From Acidobacteriota bacterium (lineage in GTDB: Bacteria; Acidobacteriota; UBA6911), in contig OY761556.1 in NCBI GenBank assembly GCA_963664705.1, positions 5,888,001 to 5,952,000 on the forward strand: DNA of 64,000 bases, written 5' to 3'. Positions 30,067 to 40,876 of the stretch are shown here, in pieces (the first letter of the stretch is position 1; every line of letters starts with the position of its first letter). A model generated the notes under the pieces. The model did no database searches, was not told where the DNA came from, and saw nothing but the letters and a program-made list of their open reading frames with translations. The position numbers and the translations under genes are program-made.

Positions 30067-32568
30067 ATGAGTCCTGAAAAAGGTGTCCGGCCCGACTGGC
30101 TGATCGGCGGCGGAGAGACCGGAGAGTGGATCCGTTCCATGGATTGGGCCTCCACATCGTTGGGTCCGCGTGCCGCCTGGCCTCAGTACCTGCGAACCGT
30201 GGTTAACCTGGTTCTGTCCTGCCGCTATCCGATGGCCATCCTATGGGGAGGCGAACGGACTCTTATATACAACAATGCTTACCGCTTCATCGTTGCGGAC
30301 CACCATCCGGGAGCGCTGGGGATGTCAATCCGCGAGGTGCGATCGGGAATCTGGGATGATGTCGAACCGGTTCTCGAGCGGGTGATGACGCAAGGGGAAA
30401 CGGTTCATTTGGAAAACCAGCCGTTCCGCATCACACGCAGCAGTCATGTGGATGATGCATACTTTGACGTGTCCTATAGCCCCATTTACAACGAGGAAGG
30501 CCAGACTGGCGGTACCTTGCTGGTGCTTATCGAGACTACCGAGCGCGTAGTGTTGGAGCAGCGGCTAAAGCAGGTGAACGAAGCCCTTGAGGCGCAGATA
30601 GCAGAGCAGAATCAGGTGAAGGATTCGTTGCGGAAGAGCGAGATTCAACGAAGAGAATCCCAGCAGATTGTCGAGGGGATTCTCAATGCAATGCCGGTGA
30701 GGGTGTTTTGGAAGAATAGGGACCTCGCGTATCGCGGCTGCAATGCGGCATTTGCCCGGGATGCCGGATTTGCCGATGCGAAGGACATCATTGGGAAAGA
30801 CGATTATCAGATGGGCTGGCGCGACCAGGCGGAATTATATCGTAGCGATGATCGTCAAGTCATCGAGAGCGGCTGCGACAAGATTCTCATCGAGGAACCG
30901 CAGACAACACCCGAAGGGAACACCATTACTCTCCTTACGAGCAAGATACCTCTCCGCAATTCTATTGGAGAGATTACCGGAATACTCGGAACGTATTTGG
31001 ATATTACTGAGAGAAAACGGGCCGAAGAGGCGCTGCGTGAAAGCGAGGAAATATTTCGTCTGACATTTGATGCCAGCCCCGATGCAGTGAACATCAATCG
31101 CATGGAGGATGGCCTTTATGTAGACATCAATGAGGGCTTTACCCGGGTTACCGGCTTTACCCGTGAGGATGTGATTGGGAAAGCCTCATTGGACCTGAAT
31201 ATATGGCATGATTCCGCGGATCGGCAAAAGCTTGTGAGCCGTTTGCAGGAAATGGGCAGTTATGAAAACCTCGAGGCCGTATTTCGAAGGAAAGATGGCA
31301 GTCTGCTGACGGGCTTGATGTCAGCCAGAGTGATCTGGTTGAGAGGAGCGGCGCATATAATCTCCATCACGCGCGATATCAGCGACCGCAAGCGAGTCGA
31401 CGAAGAAAGGGCCAAACTCGAAGCCCAGCTATATCAAGCCCAGCGGTTGGAATCGGTGGGGCGACTGGCGGGCGGCGTAGCGCATGATTTCAATAATATG
31501 CTGGGTGTGATACTTGGCCATGCGGAGATGGCTCTCGAGCAGGTTGACTCTATGCAACCGCTCTATGAGGACCTGACGGAAATCCAGAAAGCAGCCAAAC
31601 ACTCCTCCGATCTTACCCGCCAGCTGCTGGCTTTTGCCCGCAAGCAGACCATCGTACCCAAAGTCGTGGATCTGAACGAGGCTATAGGGGGCATGCTCAA
31701 GATGCTCGAGCGGCTCATCGGCGAGGATATTCTTCTCCATTGGCAGCCGACTGACAATCTATGGCCGGTCAGGGTGGACCCGTCTCAGATCGACCAGATC
31801 CTTGCCAACCTGTGCGTCAATGCGCGGGATGCCATTGCCGGAGTCGGCAAGATTACTCTCCAAACGGGGCATAGCACCTTCGATGAAGCGTACTGCGCCG
31901 CTCACGACGGTTTTATGCCCGGAGAATATGTGCGCTTTGCGGTGAGCGACGACGGTCGCGGCATGGATAGAGAAACCTTGGGCCATATCTTTGAGCCCTT
32001 CTTTACGACTAAGGGTGTAGGGGTGGGGACCGGCCTTGGACTTGCCACGGTGTATGGCGCTGTTTCACAGAATGGTGGATTCATCCATGTCGAAAGCGAG
32101 TTGGGCCAGGGTACAAGGATCACAATTTATCTGCCTCGATACGTTGGCAAGGGTCTGAAATTGAGAACGGAAGACCTGGAAAGGACCGCTGGACAGGGCC
32201 GGGAGTGTATCCTGCTGGTGGAAGACGAACCAGCCATTCTAAAACTGACCATGAAGATGCTCGAAAAGCTGGGCTATGTTGTATTGGGTGTCAAAAACCC
32301 GGGAGAAGCGATCCGTCTTGCCCGCGAACATGGTGGCGAAATCGATATGCTCATGACCGACGTGGTAATGCCTGAGATGAACGGGCGCGACCTGGCTAAA
32401 ACACTTCTATCCATCTATCCAAGTCTTAAGCGCCTGTTTATGTCAGGATATACGGCAGATGTAATCGCCCACAACGGTGTGCTGGATGAGGGCGTGCACT
32501 TCATCCAGAAGCCCTTTTCCGCAAAAGAACTTGCCGCCAAGATCCGGAGCATCCTGGATAGCGAATAA
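30067..32568 (+). CDS. Hybrid PAS sensor histidine kinase/response regulator (CckA-like)
   Basis: 3 PAS-type domains; AGGVAHDFNN; EPFFTTK..GTGLGL; receiver LLVEDE...MTDVVMP...QKPF. Confidence 0.95.
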   Translation: MSPEKGVRPDWLIGGGETGEWIRSMDWASTSLGPRAAWPQYLRTVVNLVLSCRYPMAILWGGERTLIYNNAYRFIVADHHPGALGMSIREVRSGIWDDVEPVLERVMTQGETVHLENQPFRITRSSHVDDAYFDVSYSPIYNEEGQTGGTLLVLIETTERVVLEQRLKQVNEALEAQIAEQNQVKDSLRKSEIQRRESQQIVEGILNAMPVRVFWKNRDLAYRGCNAAFARDAGFADAKDIIGKDDYQMGWRDQAELYRSDDRQVIESGCDKILIEEPQTTPEGNTITLLTSKIPLRNSIGEITGILGTYLDITERKRAEEALRESEEIFRLTFDASPDAVNINRMEDGLYVDINEGFTRVTGFTREDVIGKASLDLNIWHDSADRQKLVSRLQEMGSYENLEAVFRRKDGSLLTGLMSARVIWLRGAAHIISITRDISDRKRVDEERAKLEAQLYQAQRLESVGRLAGGVAHDFNNMLGVILGHAEMALEQVDSMQPLYEDLTEIQKAAKHSSDLTRQLLAFARKQTIVPKVVDLNEAIGGMLKMLERLIGEDILLHWQPTDNLWPVRVDPSQIDQILANLCVNARDAIAGVGKITLQTGHSTFDEAYCAAHDGFMPGEYVRFAVSDDGRGMDRETLGHIFEPFFTTKGVGVGTGLGLATVYGAVSQNGGFIHVESELGQGTRITIYLPRYVGKGLKLRTEDLERTAGQGRECILLVEDEPAILKLTMKMLEKLGYVVLGVKNPGEAIRLAREHGGEIDMLMTDVVMPEMNGRDLAKTLLSIYPSLKRLFMSGYTADVIAHNGVLDEGVHFIQKPFSAKELAAKIRSILDSE

Positions 32569-32629
32569 AGCTACGCAGGATTAGGATTATTCCATCTGCT
32601 TGCCTGGCCCTGTTGTCGATCCTTTCTTT

Positions 32630-34708
32630 CTAGCCCCAGATCTTCACTCGTTTTTCCGGCGCCAGATAGAGCTTCTGCCCCGGCTTCACGTCAAACGCCG
32701 GATACCAGGCGTCGATATTGCGTATGGTCACCGCCCGGAATTGTTCGGGAGCGTGGCCGTTGGTCAGCACGATCTGGCGCAGCGTTTCGGGACGCGATTT
32801 CACTGCCCAGGACTGCGCGAAAGCGATGAAGAAGCGCTGGTCGCCGGTCAGCCCATTGACCGTGGGCGCTTCCTTGCCGCCGAGCGAAGTCCGGTAGGCG
32901 TCATAAGCGGCGTTGAGTCCGGCGACGTCGGCGATATTCTCACTCAACGTCAACTTGCCATTCACGTTTAACCCGGGCAGCGCTTCATAAGCGTCGAACT
33001 GCGTCGCGAGTGCATCGCCGGCCGCGGTGAACTTCTTGAAGTCCGCCGGGGTCCACCAGTTGCGGAGCGCACCCTGCGCGTCGAACAAGGCTCCGCCGTT
33101 GTCGAAGCTGTGGCTGATTTCGTGGCCGATGGTTGCGCCGATTCCGGCATAGTTGAAGGCGGCGTCCGCAGCGGGATCGAAGAAAGGCTTGACCAGGATC
33201 GCGGCCGGGAAGTTGAGCGCATTCTGGACCGGCAAATTCACTGCATTCACCAGCTGCGGCGGCATCCACCATTCGGTGCGGTCGAGCGGCTTGCCGATCT
33301 TGGCGATCTGGTGCCGGTATTCGGCCAACGCTGCGTTCTTCTGGTTGGCGTAGGCCGTGTCGGCCAGGATCTGCAGGCCCGAATAATCGCGCCAGGTGTC
33401 GGGATAGCCGACCCCGACGATGATGTTCTTCACTTTCTTGAGCGCCTCCTGCTTGGTTGACGGCGCCATCCAGTGGATTGCCTCGACGCGCCGGGCGAAT
33501 GCAGATTTGATGTTTTCGGTCATTTTCTGGATCTCGGCTTTTGAAGAGGCCGGGAAATATTGGTCGACATAAGCCTTGCCGACCGCATCCTGCAACGCGT
33601 TGCTGGTTGCGTTGAGCGCAAGGATGTCGCGCGGCCGCTGTTGCGGCGTTCCCGCCAGCGCCGTTCCGTAGAAAGCGAAGGCTGCGTCACGGAAGGGCTT
33701 GGGCAAGACATTGGTCTGCTGGTTGAGCGTGTGGAAAGCCAGCCAGTCCTTCCAGTTTTGCAGCGGTTCGGAGCCGACCAGCGCGGCAAGCTTCGGGATC
33801 GCGGCGAAATGGTAGGCGTCGAACTGCTGCTCGCTGCCGAGCTGTGCGGCGTCGAGCAGCTCGCCCCAGTCGAGACCGGGCGCCTTCTGATGGAGTTGCT
33901 GCCGCGTCCACACCTGCGCGCCGTTGGCGAAGTACTCGCTCTGCTCGCGCGGCTCGTGTGCCCGGGCGATCTTGGTTTCGAGATCCATGATACGTCCGGC
34001 GGCAGCGTCGGCATCCGTATAATTGGCGGCCTTCAGAATGGTCGCGATATAGGTCCGGTACTTGGCCCGCGTGTCGGCCATCTTGGCGTCGCCGGACAGG
34101 TAATATTGCGCATCGGGAAGGCCAATGCCGCCCTGCATCAGATAAGGCAGCTGTTGCCCCGGCGTCGCCAGCCCCTGCGTCACAAACACGCCGAACAGAT
34201 TCTCCGTCTGGAAATTCGTTGCGTTCAGCGGATCGGTGTCGGCACGGATGCTGGCGCCGATCGCGGTGCTGAGCGCTCGCTTGTCGCCGATCCGCGCGAT
34301 GGCATCGAGATCGGCCTTGGCCGGCGCAATCCCTGCGCGGTCGATCGCCTCGGTGTTGACATAAGCGTTGTAATAATTGGCGATCAGCGCGTCGTTGCCG
34401 CTGGCCGGCTTGGATTGGAGGATCTTGTCAAACAGCTTGCGGGTGTTCTTTTCACGCGTCTGGTCGGCGATCCAGAAGCCGCCGATCCGCGAGCGGTCGA
34501 CGGGAATCGGGGTATTCTTCACCCAGCTGCCGTCGGCGTAGCTGAAGAAATCGTCGCCTGGTGTTATCGACTTGTCCATCCACGCAAGGTCGATGCCGAT
34601 CCCGTTGCCCTTCTCTTTCGGTTCGGTCGCGGCGTTTTTACTCGTTTTAGTGCTGCACGCGCCGAGCACCAGCGCGAAGGCAAAGACCAGAAGTAGCAGC
34701 TTGTTCAT
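32630..34708 (-). CDS. M13 family zinc metallopeptidase (neprilysin/PepO-like), lipoprotein
   Basis: LGAC lipobox; VNAVN, GHEISHSFD, ENIAD. Confidence 0.95.
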   Translation of the reverse strand: MNKLLLLVFAFALVLGACSTKTSKNAATEPKEKGNGIGIDLAWMDKSITPGDDFFSYADGSWVKNTPIPVDRSRIGGFWIADQTREKNTRKLFDKILQSKPASGNDALIANYYNAYVNTEAIDRAGIAPAKADLDAIARIGDKRALSTAIGASIRADTDPLNATNFQTENLFGVFVTQGLATPGQQLPYLMQGGIGLPDAQYYLSGDAKMADTRAKYRTYIATILKAANYTDADAAAGRIMDLETKIARAHEPREQSEYFANGAQVWTRQQLHQKAPGLDWGELLDAAQLGSEQQFDAYHFAAIPKLAALVGSEPLQNWKDWLAFHTLNQQTNVLPKPFRDAAFAFYGTALAGTPQQRPRDILALNATSNALQDAVGKAYVDQYFPASSKAEIQKMTENIKSAFARRVEAIHWMAPSTKQEALKKVKNIIVGVGYPDTWRDYSGLQILADTAYANQKNAALAEYRHQIAKIGKPLDRTEWWMPPQLVNAVNLPVQNALNFPAAILVKPFFDPAADAAFNYAGIGATIGHEISHSFDNGGALFDAQGALRNWWTPADFKKFTAAGDALATQFDAYEALPGLNVNGKLTLSENIADVAGLNAAYDAYRTSLGGKEAPTVNGLTGDQRFFIAFAQSWAVKSRPETLRQIVLTNGHAPEQFRAVTIRNIDAWYPAFDVKPGQKLYLAPEKRVKIWG

Positions 34709-35085
34709 GTGTTGACCCTCTCCAAAGATGATCCCCGGGTTCCTCCAGCCCCTGCTTTGCAATGCTGCAAGCGGCCGTCAGGAGAGCGGCTGGGCTTTTC
34801 GACGAACGGAGGTACTGCATCCAGTTCATAGAAAATCGTACACGATTTTCATGCCTGAATTCCAAATTATTCCAGGGACCTCCCAACGAAATTTTCCTCC
34901 CGCAATGCTCGCCTGATCTGAGAATTATCGTTGAGCTTCAAACGAGCTCACCGGCTCAAGGCAAACCCAAGTGGAGTGGTAGGTTAACGCGGTTGCTCTC
35001 TTAGCTGTCGGCTTCAACGGCGCAGGGAGATCGTTTTTGATCGCTTAAGGAGATGAACAGAAGAAGGAACAGCGCAACCTGCGCG

Positions 35086-35535
35086 TCAGGGATTAAACCG
35101 CGCCCCTCGCATCAGGTGGATGCAGAAACCTATGGCTACAGCAATTAGCGGTAGCATGATTAGGGAAAGCAGTCGGGTAGCCAAACGGACATTCGGCTTA
35201 TTGACGTTGTCGAGCGCCCACGACAGTAGTGGGAGCATCGCAACCACCCACACTACATATTCCACCAGGTCGGGATGGTACTTTCCCTGGAAGGACTCTA
35301 TCAATTCCATGGCTCCGATGGTGAGAGAGGCAATCAAACCGCCCAGCCATTCCCATCGCTAGGCTGCAATCAATCCGGCAGCAAAAATCGGGAGGCAAAT
35401 GAGCAAAACAGGATCTGGTCGTGTTGGTTGTTGCACCGCCAGATCCAAGACACTCAGTACACCGACAAGCAGAATGACAATGCTGAAGGCGCGCCAGATC
35501 ACACGCACAATGAGACTCATAATCCTGAGTTCCAT
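35086..35535 (-). pseudogene. Small 4-TM membrane protein gene with an in-frame amber stop
   Basis: GLIAA-TAG(35359-35361)-RWEWLGGLIAS. The two track ORFs share a frame; probably TGG>TAG. Confidence 0.65.
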
Positions 35536-35659
35536 GGCAGCAGCCCCTGACAATAAAAGAATCCGGCAGTACCTTCTGGCTTTCCAGTCCAGGGCTTCAT
35601 GGAAATCCGGCTAAATACGCCGAAATTGCCCAAAAGGCAGGAACGGCTGAAACAAAATT

Positions 35660-36271
35660 TCAATCGCTTCCAGCGCTTCCCTTGAAACGGTCCTCTTCTT
35701 CGGCAAAAAGGATATTGAAGCTCGTCAACGTCCCGTAGCATCCCGTAATGTAGCCCTGCAGTTTGATCTTTTGATCCTCCGGAATCTCCATTCCATTTAT
35801 TTGCTGCTCCAGCACGCGCAAACGATTTCTGAGCATCCCGATCTTGTGGAAAAATGTTTCTATGGGCCAACTCTTCTCCTGGAGCCCCTCTTTTGCAGGA
35901 CGCAAAACCATTTCGCCGCCATTCCATTTGTCAGCAATCGCAATTGGGGTCAGGCCGGTCTCTTCTCTGATTATGCGTCTCAACATCATTTCAAGATCTG
36001 CAGCACCTTCGCTTTGGGATAAGTCAACCACGGGGAGTTTCCTTTCTCGCTCCGTTATCAGGGGTATCTGAGGTGGAGCTGATGGTTCAGATTTCACTTT
36101 TGATTGACCTTCTCTGGCCTCGCCCCCACGATAATTGTGCTGACTGCCACAATAATTACAGATGACTCTCAGCGCTGCCCCTTGTGCCTCCGCAACGATC
36201 ACGGTATGACTGCGAACTGTTTTGCAGGCACGGCACAAATCATCCAGTGGATCCCCTGCTTTGAAAGACAC
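35660..36271 (-). CDS. Hypothetical protein with an N-terminal Zn ribbon
   Basis: CRAC...H...CNYCGSQH; C-terminal YITGCYGTLTSFN; RBS GGAGG. Confidence 0.8.
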   Translation of the reverse strand: MSFKAGDPLDDLCRACKTVRSHTVIVAEAQGAALRVICNYCGSQHNYRGGEAREGQSKVKSEPSAPPQIPLITERERKLPVVDLSQSEGAADLEMMLRRIIREETGLTPIAIADKWNGGEMVLRPAKEGLQEKSWPIETFFHKIGMLRNRLRVLEQQINGMEIPEDQKIKLQGYITGCYGTLTSFNILFAEEEDRFKGSAGSD

Positions 36272-36370
36272 ATTTCCTCCCTTTGCCTGAAAATATGATT
36301 CTAGCTGTTATCTCCAAAAACATGAAGGCAAAGAGCAGTCGACAATCTGTGCCGTGCTGTTGCGCGCAAG

Positions 36371-37438
36371 TCAATGGTCTTTGCGCGGGTGATGCTTCAT
36401 AAGGTCGAAAACGGCGACCAATCCCGCATGGTCCGAAGCATACAATCCATCTGTGTCGGGCACGAATCCGGTCCTCGCGATTGAGTCAGCATTCAGCCCA
36501 TTCGAGAAGATCAGATCTATCCGCTCCAAAGGCTGAATGGGTTGGCCTGCCATAAGGTCTTCCCCGAAAAGCGGCCAGGTCAGGCCGGGATCGCCCGGGC
36601 TTAATTTTTTCCAAACATCGTCGAATCCTGAATGCGCAATGTAGTCATAGCTTTGTGTCATGTCGGAAGGGTAATTATTCGTATGCTCGGCATCCGAATT
36701 AAAATCCCCGGCCAGGACTACCGGGAGATTGGATTTACTCAGATTTTCCACAAGCTCCAGCGCCTGGGACAGCTGCAAATCGAATGTATCCGGATAGCCC
36801 GAGACGGCACTCTCCAGATGAGTAGTGGCAAATTCGAATTGTGAATCCCGAACCTTTACATTGACTGCCAGCCAACCGCCCAGAAGCGGAATATTCGTTC
36901 CGTCGGGCATTGGGAAGAACATGTTGTTTTCATAGATACGGCTTTCACTCCCAATTACATTCAGTTGGCCGGATCGCACCAGGATTGCATTGTGATCGGT
37001 GAAAATGGCCAAATCGGGGATTTCAATGCGGGTTAGTTCTTGAATGGCCGCCACCTTATAGTGCAGGCCTGCGGAGTGAAGCGATTTCATAAGTAAATCC
37101 AGCTGGTCAAACTGGACGGCTTCAAGTGGAATATCCCATGTCGTTACTTCCTGGAGCGCAATAATGTCGGGCTTTGTTTCGGCGATTTCGGCAGCCAGAC
37201 GAGCTATGCGCTCCGGGATTCTACTTTGAACAACTTCCGAAATAGTATTATAGACGGCCTCCGCGAAATCACCACCGGCCGCGGCGATGAGGTTAAAGTC
37301 CGTGCCGGCATCCATGTTGCGGGTCATCACCTTCACGTGCAGATTTGGATTCTCGGCCGAGGCCGATGAGGTTGAGATAACGCAAAGCGAGAATGCAACA
37401 ACTGTCACAAAGCACACTGTGAACGCTCTTCCTTTCAT
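36371..37438 (-). CDS. Secreted endonuclease/exonuclease/phosphatase family protein
   Basis: VMTRN, ALQEV, TTHLE, AGDFNS, RIDLIF, ASDH; signal peptide. Confidence 0.9.
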   Translation of the reverse strand: MKGRAFTVCFVTVVAFSLCVISTSSASAENPNLHVKVMTRNMDAGTDFNLIAAAGGDFAEAVYNTISEVVQSRIPERIARLAAEIAETKPDIIALQEVTTWDIPLEAVQFDQLDLLMKSLHSAGLHYKVAAIQELTRIEIPDLAIFTDHNAILVRSGQLNVIGSESRIYENNMFFPMPDGTNIPLLGGWLAVNVKVRDSQFEFATTHLESAVSGYPDTFDLQLSQALELVENLSKSNLPVVLAGDFNSDAEHTNNYPSDMTQSYDYIAHSGFDDVWKKLSPGDPGLTWPLFGEDLMAGQPIQPLERIDLIFSNGLNADSIARTGFVPDTDGLYASDHAGLVAVFDLMKHHPRKDH

Positions 37439-37508
37439 GGACGATCCTCCCCAAAATGTGTAGTGAACTGCTTTCAATCCCCCCAATGATGGAGGCACGA
37501 CAGAGCAA

Positions 37509-37524
37509 TGCAAATCGTGAGCCA
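37509..37524 (-). promoter_or_regulatory. Sigma-54 -24/-12 promoter of the EEP gene
   Basis: TGGCTCACGATTTGCA (GG-N10-GC), 70 nt upstream of the start and adjacent to a sigma-54 activator gene. Confidence 0.7.
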
Positions 37525-37639
37525 GGTGGCTTGCCCGGTGTTGGCGAGCTTATTTTTTGCATTTAGTCGAAGATGGCCTTTTTAAGTGTGTAGTGGAGTG
37601 CACACATGAAGCCATCGGTGTGAGGCGTCCTGCGCAGTG

Positions 37640-38983
37640 TTACAAATCAAATTCCTTGATCTTGTTTTGGAGGGTGCGACGGCTGATGTTCAAAACCTTT
37701 GCCGCCCGCGTGCGATTCTGATGGGCGGAGTTCAGAGCATTCATAATAATCTGTCTTTCTGCGCTGCGGATGATAGCTTCAGTCCGGGATTTCAGACTGG
37801 AATCTGCCGCTGCCGCATCTCCGGGGTGCATTTCGTTCGGCAGCAAAGCCGGATCAAGGATGGTGCCCTCGGAAAGAACAAACATACGTTCGATCACGTT
37901 TTCCAGCTCCCTGATATTTCCCGGCCAGTCATAGGAGACAAAGGCATTGAACACTTCCGGCGGGATTCCAACTCTCCTCCGGTATCTGGCCGTTAAACGA
38001 CTTAAAAAATGTTCCGACAATAGAATAATGTCCTCTCGTCTCTCTCTCAGTGGGGGGATATGCAACGGCACTACATTCAAACGATAGAAAAGGTCGGAGC
38101 GAAATGAGGCGTTTTGGCAGGCGGCGGCCAGGTCTTTGTTTGTCGCAGCCACAATTCGAACATCCACGCGTATGGTTTTGACGCCTCCCACCCTTTCGAA
38201 AGCTCGATCCTGAATAGCGGCAAGTAGTTTTGCCTGGACATTGAGCGGCAGTTCTCCGATTTCGTCCAGGAAAATTGTTCCGCCGTTTGCCAGTTCAAAC
38301 CGTCCCGGTTTGGAAACAACCGCGCCGGTGAATGAACCCTTCTCGTGGCCGAACAGATCGCTTTCCAGCAATGCATCCGGAATGGCTGCGCAATTGACTT
38401 TGATGAACGGTTGCGTATGTCTGGAGCTGGCAAGGTGGATTGCGCGTGCGACCAGCTCTTTGCCCACTCCGGTTTCGCCTGAAATGAGAACGGTTGAATC
38501 GGTCGATGCAACTCTTCTCATGGCATGAAAAACCTGCATTATTGGGGCGGTTGCGCCGACGATGTTTGGGGCGAATTGTTTTGCATCGTCATAATAGGGC
38601 GAGACCAGTTCCTTGTTTTTGCTCGATTCGGAAAGCGCTTTTTTTACAACTTGCAGAAGCTCGTCAGGATTGAAGGGTTTGGTGATGAAATCGTAAGCGC
38701 CTTTCTTCATCGCGGCTACGGCGTCCTCCACACTCCCAAAGGCGGAGATCATAATCACTGGGGCAGCCGGGTTTATCTTTAAGCTGAGACTCATAACATC
38801 CATGCCGCTGTTGCCCGGCATTTTCAAATCCGTTATCACGAGATCGAAAGTCCCCGACTTGAGTGCGTCAAAGGCCGCCTCCGCATTGGACGCCGTTACG
38901 ATTTCGACGGGAAGCTCTTTGACGATATCACGCAATATTGTCAGCAGATTACGATCGTCATCAACCAATAGTATGGCCGGCAT
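37640..38983 (-). CDS. Sigma-54-dependent response regulator (NtrC/AtoC-like)
   Basis: REC, GETGVGKE, GSFTGA, FLDEIG, WPGNIREL, Fis HTH. Confidence 0.95.
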   Translation of the reverse strand: MPAILLVDDDRNLLTILRDIVKELPVEIVTASNAEAAFDALKSGTFDLVITDLKMPGNSGMDVMSLSLKINPAAPVIMISAFGSVEDAVAAMKKGAYDFITKPFNPDELLQVVKKALSESSKNKELVSPYYDDAKQFAPNIVGATAPIMQVFHAMRRVASTDSTVLISGETGVGKELVARAIHLASSRHTQPFIKVNCAAIPDALLESDLFGHEKGSFTGAVVSKPGRFELANGGTIFLDEIGELPLNVQAKLLAAIQDRAFERVGGVKTIRVDVRIVAATNKDLAAACQNASFRSDLFYRLNVVPLHIPPLRERREDIILLSEHFLSRLTARYRRRVGIPPEVFNAFVSYDWPGNIRELENVIERMFVLSEGTILDPALLPNEMHPGDAAAADSSLKSRTEAIIRSAERQIIMNALNSAHQNRTRAAKVLNISRRTLQNKIKEFDL

Positions 38984-38993
38984 TGAAATCTCC

Positions 38994-40361
38994 TCATGCG
39001 GGCGGATTAAGCCCATCTCCGGCAGGAAAGTGGATTATGAATCGTGCCCCCCTATTATCGCTTTCTGCCGTGATCTCTCCTCCATTCAGATTGACGAGCC
39101 GTTTGCTGATCGCGAGCCCTAGCCCCATTCCATTCGCTTTTGTGGAGACGAATGGTTCAAAGATCCGGGGAAGGATTTCCGGAGGCACGCCATTCCCGGT
39201 GTCAGAAAATGTGATCCTGATGGAGGAATGGATGTGTTCTGTGTGAATGCGAAGTGAGCCATCGGAGCCACAGGCGTCGTATGAATTCCTTATCAAATTT
39301 ATGAATACCTGCCGAAGGGTTTGGGGATCAGCCTTGCAGAGAGGGACTCCCTGCGAAAGGTCCAATTCTATCCTGGGGGCATTCTCACTCATCTTCATCA
39401 AAGTCACTGTTTTTTCAATCAGGTTATTGATGCACACATCCTCTTTTTCGATCTTTATCGGGCGGATGAGTCCACGGTAATTTGTCAGCATTCCGTCCAA
39501 GCGCTCGATTTCATCGGAAATCAAATTCAGATACTCCCTGGATTTTTCACCAGTCAGGCTTCCAGGCTTCTCATTAAGAAGATGCGCCGCACCTTTAATA
39601 GAGCTTAGTGGCGTTCTCAACTCATGCGCTATTCCGGCGGTCATTTCGTTGAGCATGTCGAGCTTTGTACGCATCTCAACAAGAAGGTCGTACGCATCTC
39701 GATGCTTATATACTCCGGCCGCCAGCACGGAGGTATAAATCACGGTGCCCAGATGTCCCAAGGGGGGAATGCGCAGAGGGATATGGTTGGACTGAAGAAG
39801 ATCCGTGCTGCAGGCAAAACATGCAATCCAGACGGCAATCAGAACATAACGGAATCGGCTCTTTTCTCCCTTCGAGGCAGCGCCATTGATAGCCCTTCCC
39901 AATACAAAATTCGAAGCGGCAAAAGATGCAAAAAGCATTGCCAGATACAGTGCGTTCCAGACATCTCCTTCGACAAAATCCTGAACCTTGGGATATTTAA
40001 GCGCGAGAGGAGAGCTTATGGTCAGGGGCAAGCACAGGACATAGCCGGCAAGGAGCAATCTGCGTTTAAGCGGAAACCCGGCTAGACTGCATATAAAATG
40101 AAGCATTACCGCGGGCGCCATGCCGGTCCCGACCAGGGAGAAATAGAACCAGGGGGATTGATACCGCGTTTGCATTGTATGCATGGTCTGCAAGACCATA
40201 AAATCGCAAAAGGTCCAGATAGCGGCAGTCAGGCAGTTAAACAGAAATGTGACATAAACTGTTGTGCGTGAAGTTCGAGTCAGGATAAGCAGAATAAATA
40301 GCCCATTGATCAAGGCGGCGGTCAGAGCCAGCCACTTATCCATCTGATCGATGATTGTCAT
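38994..40361 (-). CDS. Sensor histidine kinase with a 7TM-like N-terminus
   Basis: ~7 TM helices, AHELRTPL, NLIRN, GMGLGL. Confidence 0.92.
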   Translation of the reverse strand: MTIIDQMDKWLALTAALINGLFILLILTRTSRTTVYVTFLFNCLTAAIWTFCDFMVLQTMHTMQTRYQSPWFYFSLVGTGMAPAVMLHFICSLAGFPLKRRLLLAGYVLCLPLTISSPLALKYPKVQDFVEGDVWNALYLAMLFASFAASNFVLGRAINGAASKGEKSRFRYVLIAVWIACFACSTDLLQSNHIPLRIPPLGHLGTVIYTSVLAAGVYKHRDAYDLLVEMRTKLDMLNEMTAGIAHELRTPLSSIKGAAHLLNEKPGSLTGEKSREYLNLISDEIERLDGMLTNYRGLIRPIKIEKEDVCINNLIEKTVTLMKMSENAPRIELDLSQGVPLCKADPQTLRQVFINLIRNSYDACGSDGSLRIHTEHIHSSIRITFSDTGNGVPPEILPRIFEPFVSTKANGMGLGLAISKRLVNLNGGEITAESDNRGARFIIHFPAGDGLNPPA

Positions 40362-40719
40362 AAACCAATTCCCGCCACTCCGGTATTTCAGAGCCGGTAT
40401 GCCGGGCGAACAGTCGCCGGGCATGCATTCATTCAGACCAGGGGAATAACGATTACTGCCGATGCATTTGCTTCCTGCGCATTCGGCCTTTTCTATCTCA
40501 AATCAATGGATTTCGGACGCGATACTATAGGTAGAAGCAGTATAGGAGAGATTGGAGAAAAACGGCAATCTTATCTGCGGGTTTCTCACTGTTTCGCGCA
40601 GAGTGATTCACATCCGGCGATGCGGTATGCGCACGCTGCTTCGCAGCCGTACAACCAGCCAATTGTCAATTCCCAGGGAAAATATAGGTTCTCCGGGCTT
40701 TTGCATTTCCGGAATGAAC

Positions 40720-40735
40720 TGGCACGCTAATTGTA
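40720..40735 (+). promoter_or_regulatory. Possible sigma-54 promoter
   Basis: TGGCACGCTAATTGTA: consensus -24 box, but GT instead of GC at -12. Confidence 0.4.
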
Positions 40736-40876
40736 TATACCGGAGATGGGCGCTGCGAGGCTGGATCGGAATCGTCGATGCATTTTCCTTGTGCAAGTCA
40801 GAAGCAGCGCCGCCGCATTCAACGGACTTGCCATAGGGCGTCGCTATCGCATTCATTGCGATTTGGGAGGAGACAA

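Noticed and set aside
7122-35361. Amber readthrough (pyrrolysine or recoding) for the in-frame TAGs at 7122 and 35359
   Set aside because: The positions look like Tyr/Trp point mutations, the first gene has further lesions, many intact genes here end in TAG, and no pyl operon is seen.
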